A DNA stretch of 57,614 bases, the filler included, from Dirinaria sp. TL-2023a (taxonomy: Eukaryota), in the NCBI GenBank assembly GCA_051941275.1. It is 6 parts of 6 records of this genome, joined end to end, with 100 filler letters (N's around TTAATTAATTAA, not from the genome) between each part and the next. Parts side by side here need not be neighbours in the genome. Positions count along the whole stretch, not along the records: positions 9,644 to 19,185 come from JAVEBF010001039.1; positions 19,286 to 28,804 come from JAVEBF010001040.1; 4 more parts are not named here. One strand, written 5' to 3'. Made by a program: the position numbers and the translations under genes. Position 1 is the first letter of the stretch. Every line of letters begins with the position of its first letter. Below, in pieces: positions 10,232-22,805 of the stretch. A model generated the notes under the pieces. That model was not told where the DNA came from and did not search any database. It saw nothing but the letters and a program-made list of their open reading frames with translations.

Positions 10232-13095
10232 TTATCCGCTCGTCTTGGCGAAAACGAACGAGATGCGATTATCCTCATCCTTCAGCACATGGAGCAAGAC
10301 CTCGTCCTGGACCAGCGCGGCCATATTCTCATCCCGCGCGTCCCTATTATTGAAACCCGAAGTATCGATATGGGTGTACGCCATCAGGTTCTCCATCTTC
10401 GTCTCGCCGCTCTTGTGGCGAGCTTTCTGCTGGGCATCGTCTTTGATCTTCTGTTCTTGGGCTCGCATATCGACTTTGTTGGCTTTGATCAGGCCACGGC
10501 TGAGAGTTGATTTGGGAGGTAGATCGAATTCGGAGTCGGAGTCGGAGTTGGAGTTGGAATTGGAATTCACGGGCTCATCATCGTCAAGTACGGTCCACGA
10601 CCCTCCTTCGTCGGATACAGGAGCTGCATCCGACATACTGCGGCCACCGCAGGTGCAGCCTAGTAGATCGTGGGTCTGGCAGCTCAGGCCTTCGTCGAGC
10701 CTGAAGAGGTCGCGCAGCTCTTCTCGCGTGAAGTTGTTGCCTCCTCCTCCCCCTTTCTGCTCCATGATGTTGCTCGCCAAGCCCAGCTTTGTGACTTGCC
10801 GCTGCCAGATTTTCTCATCGATCCCACCGGCCATGACGAAGCGGTAGATGAAACACGGTTTCTTCTGCCCGTCGCGGTGGATGCGCGCCATGGCTTGCTG
10901 GTCCGTTGCAGGATTCCAGTCCACATCGAATAAAATGAGCCGCGATGCGCCGATCAGGTTCAGGCCCATGCCCCCCGCTTTGGCGGAAAGGAGGAATGCA
11001 AAGCATTTGGAGGCTGGAGTTCGGTTGAAGGTGTCGACTATCTCCTGGCGTTTGGAGGACGGAGTACTCCCGTCTAGACGGACGAAGGAATAGTCGAGAG
11101 AAACAAGAAGAGTCGATAGCAGATCCAAGGTGGAGGTGTAATTGGATACGAGAACTACTTTCTCCAACGTTGTTGTACGTAGGGTATGCAGGAGCTGATC
11201 CAGCGCCCGAAGCTTGGTTGCCCCAGCGTTCGTATTCAGAAGATGAGGCGGAATTTTAGATACAAGCGAAGCCGTCATCGGACTTATAGACGCAGAAGGA
11301 TCCTTGGGGTTCAGCAACGACGGACTGTTGCAGACCTTTTTCAGTATTGTGATTAATTGCAGGGAGGCTTCGGGATTGCCCAAAGCGGTCTGAAACGCAG
11401 GATCGGCTAGAACACGGTGATATACTGCTGTTTGGTTCGCGGTCGGACGACATAAGAGAACATATTCCGTCTTAGGCGGTAGATATTTCGATAAAACCTC
11501 AGCTGTTCGACGCAGAATGAAAGGACTAGTGAGCGATGCCAGTTCTTCACTCCTGGCTTCACCTAGCTCGATTTCTTTCTCTGTCGCTTCAGGTTGCCTA
11601 CTTCTTATTATCGGCACTTCGAATTGCTGTGTAAATTTCTTGAAACTTCCCAATAGATCCGGATTTACGAAATCCACCATCATGAAGAATTCGCTGAGGT
11701 CGTTCTGGATCGGTGTTCCTGAAAGAATAACTCTCCTAGCAGTATTCAATGCTTTAATGGCTTGGGCGCTTTTGTTTTTTGCAGTCTTGAGGCGGTGACC
11801 TTCGTCAGCGATGACTATGTCGATTCCTGCACCCTTCTTGAGCTCTTCCTGCACCGTACGAAGCTTCTCATAGCCAATGACCATCACATTGTAGCTTCTG
11901 CCCATAGTGAAATCCGTTAGCCGCTTTTTGTTGTCATCTGCTACGAAGACACCGATGCGTTCCGCACCGAGCCACTTTCGAAATTCCTTCCGCCAATTGT
12001 TGATCAGCGTCACCGGACAGACGATGAGAGCTTTTTTGATGACCGGTGAGTCTTCATGGACTGGATTTTGTTTCAGAAGGGTCCAAAGCAGGGCAATCGT
12101 CTGCAATGTCTTGCCCAAGCCCATCTCATCTGCCAGTATAGCCCCTTGTCCATCGAAGTCTCGCATGCCCATCACACATTCGTATAAGAATTTTACACCA
12201 TCGCGCTGGTGTTCCCGAAGATGCTGGCTCAGTATAGGATCCACTACCACGTCGACGAGCTGACGGCCTTTTGGAGCCGACCTTGGACGTTTCATCACGA
12301 GAGCATTCGATGCTGTCGGGTCATGACGCGGTGTTGGCTCTTCTTTGCGCTGCACGGGAATACTTGTGCTCTGTAGAACCGGATTTCTGTAGCTAGCCTG
12401 CGTGCCTAAACTCCGCGGAGCTGTGACGTTCTGCGGCCTCTGGACGGTCTCTTCTTCAAGGCCTTTCGTCCTTCTGGAAGAAGGCACAGATGGACGTATT
12501 GGCTTGGGCAGAGTCTGTGGAGGGGCCGGTTCTGCTTTGTGTGGAAGCTTTTTACTCGATGTGTTCAAGAATGGTCGACCAGCCAGATAGTCGCTTTTTG
12601 ACAGCATCGAATCCACTTCAACCTCCTTACCGCCAATTGACAACGAGGACCCCGGAAGCAGAGGAGAGTCACATGGTGCCCTTCCCATATCCTTCCCCGA
12701 TATATCCTGCAAACATGCGTAGCCATTGTTAACGTGCAGCACGCCGTCGCCATCCCAGGTCTTATGCTTCTTTGCGGTGTACTTGCGCCTTCTCCACAGT
12801 CAGCTTTGCATCCAAAACGAGTTGCATATCGTCTTGTTGACCATAGGACGTTATAATGACCCTCTACACACTCAGTAGGTCTTGCGAGACCTTCTACTGC
12901 AGGGTTCTGTACCGCTGAAAAAGGTTTCCGTGGAAGAGAAGAGATCCCAGGCTGTTTGAAGATGAGTTGTGGTCCGAAACTTTCCGGTACTACCTTGTGA
13001 TTACTGCGTCGCCTTTTGGCCGGAGGCTGGGCAACATCTTCATCTTGCAGGTTTACAGGTCTTTGCAAGAGAGGAGAACGAAAAGGTTTGAACAT
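10232..13095 (-). CDS. RDH54: SNF2-family DNA translocase Rdh54/Rad54B
   Basis: Motifs GAILADEMGLGKT, DEGH, SGTPIQNDL and QAMARIHRDGQ. N-terminus MFKPFRSPLL...YNVLW/RKYTAKKHKTWDGDG is typical of Rdh54/Rad54B. One intron at 12789-12841 (GT..GCTGAC..AG) joins the two ORF-track frames. Confidence 0.93.
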
Positions 13096-13158
13096 CGCCA
13101 ATGTCGGAAAGGATGTTCAAGAGACATTGCAAGAAAACCAGCCGGTCATGGTTTGGAC

Positions 13159-13210
13159 CGCGTTTCGCGTATTTAAGATGCGCCAAGGCGCCAAAACGCG
13201 CTATCACGTG
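13159..13210 (-). promoter_or_regulatory. MCB-like ACGCG cluster and CACGTG box upstream of RDH54
   Basis: ACGCGAAACGCG (minus strand, 13159-13170), ACGCG at 13196-13200 and CACGTG at 13205-13210, all 64-115 bp upstream of the ATG. Confidence 0.4.
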
Positions 13211-14364
13211 ATTTGATGAAGAAACACCGAGACAACATGAAGTGATGCAATCTTCGTAAAGATACAACTGATCCAATTGGCAAGAGAATCCCAACGTCTG
13301 ACTCAAGGTTGAAAAATTATCTTCCATGTTGTCAGCACTACTGCAATTGCTGCTTCTAAGATGGCGCCCAGCCCCGGGTCTGCCCGGCAAGCCTACAGAC
13401 CTTTAGGATGCAACACCTGCATTAGCCAATCGCCGTGATAGCTCTCTTATCTCTGATTGCTTGGAAGATGGAAACCAGCTGTAATTCTTCGGGCCAAAAG
13501 GAGCTCTGGGTGAGTACATTCATTCAGACGGCGGTGAGCAAATGGGTCATTCGCATCTCAACGAGCTATCTCCGCTTTCATCATCACCGCGGAGTGATCT
13601 ACGGGCTACTTCAGCGGAGTATACATGGGACGAAAGTGTCCCTGCTATACTGGACGCTGAATCAGCAGTAGGAAGTGAGATCAGGTGTGCATGCTGTTAT
13701 ACTTCCCAAAATTTCCATTAATTCCTGGTGATCACACCTCCGCACGCATGGAAAAAGTCTTTCAAAATCCGAACCGTAGACCCACCTTCACGCAGAGTCT
13801 GATTTGGATATTCGCTGTCTAGAGATCAAGTCCTAACACGGGCTCCTCTCCATATCCTGTGGCTTGACCTACAACATCGAGCGCAACTTTTCGCCTACCA
13901 TTTGAATTAATTTAGAATATCATTATGCCAAACCACATTGAGACTGGACGCAGATTACGTATAAAATTCTACTAAAGGGGCTCTTTGTGTTTGGCGTGTC
14001 GCAGACGAGAGCATTATTCAATGGTGAGCGACGAGCCTTACCTTTCTTTCAGCGATGGTCGCCCGCAAGACTTCTGGAGTAACTTCAAGGTGCATAGATC
14101 TACATCTATTAAATGACTGGACGACTCTACCACTTATAAGAGAGTGACTGCGCTGTTTATAGGGAGTATCAAATCCATTCTACGTTTTAAAATCTATATA
14201 GTTATTTCCCACGACGGCTTGGACGTGTACCTCTGCGCTCTCGAAGACCCAATAGAGCATTTAGTCGTTTTGATCCCTTTATTCATCACCAGTTCCGATC
14301 TGACTCTCAATTGTCCTCATTCTTTATCCATCTCTTCCAACTTCTTCCCTTGGAGGCTTTCGGT

Positions 14365-16443
14365 ATGGCAAAAGATAATATCGAAGAGCCACCGGACGGG
14401 TTGATTAAGACGACAAGACACGCGAACGATAATATTCAGGAAATGAGATACCATAACCCTCAGGACGACGATATCTTAATCACAAGAACCGGAAAACAGC
14501 CGGTTCTCAAGGTTTGTACCCTCTATGGAGCGCTCTTTGAGGAATTAGCCTGGGCGCTGACTATAGTAAAGCGTAATTTTGGTTTCATGTCAATTCTTGG
14601 TTTTGGAACACTCGTGATCAGTACTTGGCTCGGCGCATTTGTGTACGTACGCATATTACGTTGCCTCACTCACGAAACGCAATGTGCTAAGCATTCTAGA
14701 CTCTTAGGTGTTGGTCTCCAGAAGTATCGACTCTCTTTTCCCTGTCCATCGAGTTCGTGGTGCTGATCCATTCACAGCGGTGGACCAGCGGGACTTGTCT
14801 ACGGCTTTATCTTTGTCTGGGCTGGAAATGTTGCGACCTTTGCTAGTCTTGCTGAGTTAGCATCCCTGTAATATGCTCCCTTGATGGCGAAGTATATCAT
14901 TTCGCTAAGAGGATCTTTCAGAGCTCCTACCTCAGGAGGTCAATATCATTGGGTTTCGATTTTGGCCCCCCAGTATTGCCAAAAATTCCTTAGCTACATC
15001 ACAGGTACCAATAAAGGCATCTAATTATTACACCACTAATGGCCATAACAGGTTGGCTTACTGTGGCGGGCTGGCAAGCCAACGTCGCATCATCAGCATA
15101 CGTCTTAGCTTTACTTGTTCAAGGCTTGATTGAGGTCATAAACCCCAACTACACGCCACGCCTTTGGCATGCGACCCTTCTATTGTATGCTACACTGGCG
15201 GTCTCAATTTTTGCAACGACGGTGATCGGCACAGCACTACCAAAGCTTGAGAACATTCTATTAGTATTCTATATTCTAGGATTTATCGGAGTGCTCGTTC
15301 CTCTGGTCTATTTAGGACCCCATGGAAGCGCTCAGGATGTATTTGCGACTTTCATGAACAACGGAGGATGGAGCAGCCAAGGGCTCTCATTCTTTGTTGG
15401 CATTTCTGGCAACGCGTTTGCATTTCTAGGTACACGCAAATACGATCATCTATTTTACCAAGGCTAATCTGGAATTATAGGAGCGGATTCTGTTTACCAT
15501 GTAAGCTGACAGACTCAAACGCTCTACTTTGCTACGATAAGCGCTGAGCTTTTGCCAGATGAGCGAAGAGATCCAAAATGCAGCAATTGTAGTACCTAAA
15601 ACCATCCTCTGGGGAATTACAGTCAACGGCGCCATTGGCCTTGCAATGTATCTTGCGGTGTTATTCTGCCTCGGCGATCCTCAGGTGATCACTCAGACGA
15701 CTTATGTTTATCCATTCATTCAAGTACTTCAGCAAGCTACCCAGTCGTCGGCTGGTACTGCAGTTATGATGGCAGTAATCCTTATCGTCGATTTAGGTCT
15801 GAACATCGGAGTGGTGGCGGCTTCGTCACGAATGATGTGGTCTTTTGCTCGGGATCGGGGTATTCCCGGATGGCGATGGATTAGCAAGGTATTTGAGATG
15901 CTCTTCCGTTTCAGAGAAGCTGACACATTCCAGGTAGACCACAGAAACTCCATTCCTGTCCTCGCTATTGTCACTACAACAGTCATCTCCATCCTGCTTG
16001 GTCTTATCAGTATTGGTTCTCCAGAGGCCTTTAACGATCTCGTGTCGCTGTCAGTAAGCGGGCTCTACGCAAGCTACTTGATAGCTTGTGCTCTTCTCCT
16101 GTGGCGCCGGTCCACGGGCTTTATTCAAGATATCGCAGAAGTCTCATTGCAGAACACACGAATTGTAAACCCAAGTCTGCCTGGCAATGCCGGAAGCCTA
16201 GTTTGGGGCCCGTGGAAGATGCCGGAGTCTTTAGGAAGAGCTGTGAACACTTTTGCTTGCGTTTATTTAACGATAGTATTTGTCTTTACCTTTTGGCCCC
16301 CTGTCACTCCCGTGCACCCGAATACGATGAACTATAGTAGCCTTGTCATGGGGTTTGCCACCATCGTAAGCGGGCTGTATTATACTTTTCGTGCCTATAA
16401 GACTTATAGGGGGCCTGTTGTCGACGTGGATCTTACACGGTAG
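14365..16443 (+). CDS. APC-superfamily amino acid/GABA/choline permease (ACT family), multi-exon
   Basis: Exonic peptides RNFGFMSILGF, GGPAGLVYGF, APTSGGQYHWVS, MSEEIQNAAIVVP, SRMMWSFARDRGIP and FWPPVTPV..TMNYS. Many short GT-AG introns. Confidence 0.9.
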
Positions 16444-16469
16444 TCCCCTTGCCCACTCGGCAGATGTTC

Positions 16470-16519
16470 AAAAAAAAAAAAAAAAAAAAAAAAAAAGAAA
16501 AAAAAAGAAAAAGAAAAAG
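16470..16519 (+). repeat. Poly(A)-rich tract
   Basis: Long A run with interspersed G just after the permease stop codon. Confidence 0.9.
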
Positions 16520-17131
16520 AGGAGCATGGGAAGGACAGCTTCTGCTGAGGTAGTGCCATATAGAGAGAGAAAATAGAAATCCAACAATACCATCCAGATA
16601 AATTCAGACAGCGTCAAACTTTGAGATCAGTAGAAAGTGGCACGCTGTAGTGCAAATGGCTCAATGGGTTCTCAGCTGCAGAATGCCTACCTTAAGGAAA
16701 ACTGTACCTTACCTTAGATTAGGTAGGCCGCTCTACGAATACCTACCTTACGTCTATGCACGAATGACGTCACATGGCAGTATGATCACTCAAACAGTCG
16801 TAGGCAATCGCAAACTCATGCTAATCCATGTCCAGTATATATAATTCATTATGATCACCGATTTGTAGATTCACCCTTGGGTGTCGAAGGCCATTCATCA
16901 TATACATATACTACTAGGATGAGAGAGACAAAATTAGCGGCAAGCACGCAATAATAACCAATGCGAACCGCGATCCTTGCCTGAAACTAGCCACCACAAA
17001 AATGACTCCGAAGCAGATCATCTTTGATTTTCTCGCCGATCTATACATTTCACGACCATTTTCTTCTCCTCAAAGAATCAACTCCGAAAGGCAAAGCTTC
17101 CATTATTTTACCGCGTTCGTATTCCTCAAAA

Positions 17132-19092
17132 ATGAGCTCTTCCGCCAAACATGATGGCGGAAACGACCCCGCAGCAGCGAGTCCTCAGACATCAGACATC
17201 GAGAAAACCCTCTCCACCGAAAATGTATCGAGAGTGCCCCATGAAAATGCCATCGCCGCCGACAAGCTAGCCCGAAAACTGTCCGCGCGACAGGTTCAGA
17301 TGATCGCGATTGGTGGCACGATTGGGACGGGTTTATTTCTCGGGACTGGCAAATCGCTTGCGACCGGCGGTCCCGCGTCGATGTTGCTATGCTATGCCAT
17401 TGTAGGAGCCATTGTATTCATCACGATGCTGTGTTTGGGGGAAATGGCTGCCTTTGTGCCGATCGCGGGGTCGTTTTGCACGTTTGCCGGGTAAGTTAAG
17501 TTTGACAACCGGGCTCAATAATTCTTATAGGGGTATTCTTCTGTGACTGATATCGGAGTAGGCGATTTGTGGATGATGCTTTTGGATTTGCACTGACTTG
17601 GAATTACTGGTTCAATGATGCGGTGTCCACCGCTGCGGATCTGGTGGCGTTGCAGTTGGTTCTGCAGTATTGGACGACGAAGATGCCCGGCTGGGGGTTG
17701 AGTTTGATTTTTTGGGTGTTACTGATCTTGGCCAATATCGTGACTGTTAAGATATATGGTGAAGTCAGTGAAAAACCAGTGTCAGGAAGTACGTTTGACT
17801 AACGAGTCTGATAGCTCGAATACTGGCTTAGCCTGCTGAAGGTCGTTACAATCATAGTGAGTTGTCGGCAATTCTCTTTTCCACTCTTCAATTTTGCTTA
17901 TATGCTTTTCGCCGTCAGATCTTCATCATTCTCGGGATTGCAGTCAACTGTGGGGGGAACACTGACCACCATTATATCGGCGGTCACAATTGGTTCATTG
18001 GGGATGCACCTTTTGTTGGCGGGATTGGCGGCTTTGCATCCGTTTTTGTGACAGCTGCCTTCGCCTGTAAGCCTCCCATTATCGAACTCTGTACCATTCG
18101 TAATTCTTCACAGATGGAGGCACGGAATCGATTGCAATAACGGCTGGGGAAACCAAGGATCCAGCAAGGACCATGCCCAAGGTAGTGCGCAACGTCTTCT
18201 GGCGAATACTTCTCTTCTATGTTCTTTCGATTCTTATCCTAGGTCTTGATGTTCCCTACACCACTCCAGATCTCGACAGCAAAGACACAAGGACTTCTCC
18301 TTTCACGCTGGTATTCCAGATGGCCGGTTCGACAGCGGCGGGCAGCTTCATCAATGCAGTCATTATGACGAGCGTGATTTCAGCAGCAAACCACGCTTTG
18401 TTCGCAGGCACCAGACTGCTATACACCCTTGCAGTCGATAATCATGCACCGCGCTTCTTCTCCTCTTTGAACCGAAACCAGGTACCTTGGATCGCAGTGC
18501 TGGCGACATCTGCCATCAGTATCCTTTGCTTCGGAGCCAGCTTCATTGGAGCCGGTCAATTATGGACTTGGCTACAAAAGTGAGTGGCATGCAGGCCCTA
18601 ACCTCCTTCGCTGCCCCCCAAAAAAAAAAAGAAAAAAATCATTAGAAAAGTTAACTCATCCTACCCAGCATCGTCGGAGTCTCAAACCAACTCTCCTGGA
18701 TCGCCATCGGGATCGCCTCCCTGCGCTTCCGCGCCGCCATCAAAGCCCAAAACAAAGACCATCTCCTCCCCTACAAAAACTGGACCTACCCCTGGGGCCC
18801 ATGGTTCTCGATCATCCTGAACTCGTTCCTCGTCCTCGTGCAAGGGTGGAGCAGCTTTAGCCCGTCGTTCAGCACCGTCACGTTCTTCAGCCTGTACATT
18901 GAGCTGCTTATCATGCTGGTCATGTACGTGGGGTGGAAAGCGCTCAAGCGCACCCGGATCGTGAGGTTGCAGGATATGGATCTGGAGACGGATACGCATT
19001 CGGCAGCCGAGCTCGAGACGCCGCTGGATGCGGGGGGTAGTAGGACGCGGTGGAGGGAGAGAGCGTACACGGTTTGGAGATGGCTTTTGTAG
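17132..19092 (+). CDS. APC-superfamily amino acid permease (YAT family, Can1/Lyp1/Gap1-like), multi-exon
   Basis: RKLSARQVQMIAIGGTIGTGLFLGTG, GFALTWNYW, GGTESIAITAGETKDP, VFWRILLFY; introns with GT..CTRAC..AG. Confidence 0.92.
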
Positions 19093-19185
19093 TTTTGCGC
19101 ACAAGATCCCTTGTCTGGTGTGCTAATAAGATTCGAGCGTGAAGCTTTCACCTACCTTAGACTCACTAGCCTAACCCCCCCCCCC

Positions 19186-19285
19186 NNNNNNNNNNNNNNN
19201 NNNNNNNNNNNNNNNNNNNNNNNNNNNNNTTAATTAATTAANNNNNNNNNNNNNNNNNNNNNNNNNNNNNNNNNNNNNNNNNNNN
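19186..19285. other. Artificial contig spacer
   Basis: N44-TTAATTAATTAA-N44. Confidence 0.99.
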
Positions 19286-22232
19286 GGAGGGGGTGGAGCA
19301 GGTGGTGGATGTATCTGGTTTTTTTGTGGAGGAGAGAGATCTTGGTTAGTTTTTCTTCTTCTTTTTCTGTAGAGTGGTTTTTTCTTTTTTTCTTTTTTTG
19401 GGGTGGGGGCGATATGAGAATTTGGAGAGAGAGAGATGATGCGATGAGGTTAGTTCACCTCGGTCAGGAAGGATGGAAGGATGGAAGGATGGAAGGATGG
19501 ATGGATTGATGGGTAGCAATCCGCGAATAGGAAGTGGAGAGTAACTCCCGTCGTCAAGCTTGCCCCAAGGGCACGGAGGAACATTAACCCCCTTTCCCCG
19601 TACACACCCGCGGGAGCAAGTCCCTACATACCTAACCGTAAGGTAAGGTGAGGTAGAGTAGAGTAAGGTATGGCGACCTAAGACTCCCGGGCTAAAATAG
19701 GCATCGATGATGATGATGATGTCCTTCATGCATCCCGGTCTGATCATTTTGTCCTTTCTGGGCTGCTGCCGCTGCTGCCCAGCTGCATCCCACGCCCAGA
19801 GCTCGGGCCTCAGCCAAAAGCAGCGCACGTCATTGCAGGGCAGCGCAGCGCAGGGCAGCGCAGCGCGGAAATTGGCTCCCTTATCTCCTCCCAACCTTCC
19901 AAGGCGAGCAATTAGGCACGCTGCTCCAACCGTGGGTTTAAACGGGGCTGCAGTGAGGCTTCGTGCCGATCCCTACTACAGCAGTTCTTGACGAAGTGCA
20001 GCAAAGGAATTGGCTTTGACCGCTCAGCCCGTAAAAGGAAAAGGAGCCAAGTGCTGCCCTATAGTGGTAAGTGAGGGAGGGTGGTGGTGGTGTTGGTGGT
20101 GGTGGTGGCCGCCATGGTGCAGCAGGGAGTGGGGTGGGTGGCCTTCGTCTCGGGATAAAATTTGATATGATCAAACATGTAGAGAAAGCGGAAAATTAAT
20201 GCGGCGGTTGACGGTTGGCTCGTGGTTGTGACGTTGCGCCCGTTTGCAAAGCCGGGGTTCGGAAAGTGCATTTACTAGACTTGGGAGGGGAGGTTTTTTG
20301 AGTTTTTGCTAGGGGAAGGGTAGTGAAGGAGGGCCGATCCAGTCGATCATTGGTGAGATGGATCGAAAATGGACCGGCAGGCGCTTAAACTAGGCAAAAG
20401 CAGACTGACCGCTTTTACGCCAAAGGGCGGCAAGGAAATGGGCACTTGGGCTCAATATCCTGGGATACCCTTTCACCACCGTAACTTTAGCTTTACCGTA
20501 TGCTCTGGGAATTTCCCCGATGGGAGGACCAGAGAAAATGAAGGTGTGGAGGGTGAAGTGTAAAAGACGGCCAGGAGCGACAGTCTAGACCCAACCCTAG
20601 TCGAGTGTGGCGCCCTTCCAACGTGGACTCTTGCATACTTGCTAAATCTGCAGGAGTACTCTAGTTGCGGGACGATAACGGGGAAAGGGGGTGCGACAGC
20701 CCATTCAGCGGCCCGAAAGCAGTCAGCCAAGTCTGCTGGCCCAGGCTACATGCATACACTTCACGGTCATATGACTCGATTCTTATGCGAGGAGTGACCC
20801 GCACGGAATATTCTGCAGGGGCAAAGTGACCAACGAGAATGCAGAAGAGAGCTTTGACCGACTTACTGGTCGAGCAGGCCATCCGTCGCTCCGAGCTTGA
20901 ATGGACCCGTGATAAGGTGGTGTTGGCCGAGGGATAACGATCCGAGAGCCCAGGGCATGCGGAGGGGCAGATCCAATATCGTGGAGATGAGAGAGAAGAC
21001 CTTGAATGAGAGCAGTGGGCGAAGTGGTCTGGGCGGCCGCGCGCTTCTGGTATTTGGTGACGGCGCCATCGCCTTCGACAGCGATGCTGATCGCAACGGT
21101 TCAGAATACGCTGCGACGAAGCCCTGTAGGACAAAGCGGACGGCGACAAAAGCTAGGTAAGCGTACTGGAGGAAGCGCCAGAAGACGGCCGAAACCGGAG
21201 ACCGCCCGTTGTCAACCTCTAGTGCTGTGGAGTCTCGCTCTGACAACAAGCCATATTTCTCCAGGCGGCTGCGTGTGTCAACCTCGATCTCTTCGCCCGT
21301 AGCTTTAGGTTCCACTCGCGCTTTGACAACATCGGTGATTTTGGTGATGTTACCCCAGATGAAAGAACCCTCACACATCTTGCCTCCAATCGCATTGCCC
21401 AGGATACTTTCTGCAATCACATCTGCCACAAGCGTGCGGAGACAGGCATTCTCTAAATCTTCCGTTGGCAGAAGAACAGCCAGTGCGCTCTGCACGAGCA
21501 GCTGCCTATATTGAGCTTCGTGTTTGGATTGTTCCAGAGCGGACGAGGGTGTAGAATCATCGGGAACCGGCGAAAGGGCCGGATGAGGATGGATCTTGTG
21601 GTAGATGACCCTCGGGTTGGTGGAGATGGCCGAGCCATGTACAGATGAGTGGCTGATCCGATATACTAAGGCTTCAGTCAGCTGGATGAAGGCCTGTAGG
21701 GTGCTCGGGAGTACTGACAGCGCACATGGTTCTCTATGAGCTCCGGAATTTCGTCGAATAAGAGCGCTTCCAGGTCAACAGACCGAATCCTGCCTTCGAT
21801 CGCCCTTGTACAATGTGCAATGATGCTGACTACCTCCTCGACGAAACCTTGATCCGGCGTGATCTTTCCATACCAGCTGTAGACCAGCTCTTTGACTATA
21901 ATGGCTATGATAGCGTAGAGTTGCAGGTCAATTTCGTTGCTACTGGTCAGCGGCGGTAGAAGTTCATTGACTGAGCGTGGCTCCGTAGCACCCGTGTGGG
22001 TATTCGGGCAGAGAACCCGCCTGATGAGCGCTCGGATCGTCTTGTCCACTCCATCCGTAGACGTTGCTTGAGTAGGAGCTCGAGAGGAGTTTCGGCTCTC
22101 GGATGACGGCCTCGATAGCCTTGGGGGAGTAGTATTTCCGGCTTTTGCTACGGAGGAGGTATCGCTCAAGGTTGCTACAGCCTTGGGACGAGGCTGGAGG
22201 TATGAAGGAGCACGTGGAGGAGCCTGTGTCAT
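19286..22232 (-). CDS. PXA-domain protein, 3' end running off the contig
   Basis: LPPLTSSNEIDLQLYAIIAIIVKELVYSWYGKITPD and LLPTEDLENACLRTLVADVIAE are characteristic of fungal PXA proteins. ATG at 22232, intron 21666-21718, donor GTAAGT at 20866. Proposed acceptor at 19315 (branch ACTAAC 19345-19350) gives in-frame DGLLDQ-YIHHLLHPL. The last exon assignment is inferred. Confidence 0.8.
19467..19498 (+). repeat. Microsatellite (GGAAGGAT)4
   Basis: Four perfect 8-mers. Confidence 0.9.
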
Positions 22233-22805
22233 GATAATTTGGTGGGTTGTTGAAAGAGAACCATGGTAATCGGCTGCACGTGACAGACTGCACCAGGTGC
22301 TCAAATTAAGACCCGTAGGATTTGAAGTTCGTTGATCGATATCATCACAATAATGAAATGTATAAATACCTGACTAGCTACAAGGTAGAGAGCCGTGAGA
22401 GCTTTTTGGTAAAAAATCATCTGAATGTCATTGGGCGAGATTGAGCCTTGTGGTTTGCTTGCTTACCTAAGGACTTGGCGGATCGAAATGCGAGCTCGAA
22501 GCAAGGGGTAGTTTTAGAAGCGATGGAGCCAACAACAACTACTGGAACCTCTATTGTCCTTTCGGACACGCTGAACTGTTCTCCTTCAGAGTCTGGTTTC
22601 GACAAGGGGCTTTCAGCGGCATCACTAACCTTTGCAATTGGGAGATTTCTACTTCCCTTACATAGAGGCGGAGGCAACGCGGAGGCGCCTGTCTGCTCAT
22701 CAATGTCGCTCACAGTACCTTTAGCGCTATAGTGCACTCTCACCTGGAATTTCCGTCCCATCTATCTGGTCTTACGTGACGCTTTCGATACGTTTGGCAA
22801 GTCTC

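Noticed and set aside
10245..12732. Many ORFs antisense to or overlapping RDH54 (and likewise over the F-box, NRPS-like, carrier, NSE2 and RRP43 genes)
   Set aside because: Shadow frames of GC-rich coding sequence with no recognisable motifs.
19707..19991. 94-aa + strand ORF starting MMMMM
   Set aside because: Built from GAT and GCAGC microsatellites; not protein-like.
20585..20600. CTAGACCCAACCCTAG as a telomerase RNA template
   Set aside because: It would not template TTAGGG, the organism's telomere repeat is unknown, and no pseudoknot or CR4/5 could be identified by eye.
19315..20866. TPP riboswitch, group I intron or RNase P/MRP inside the PXA intron
   Set aside because: Diagnostic conserved cores were not found; only short chance-level resemblances.
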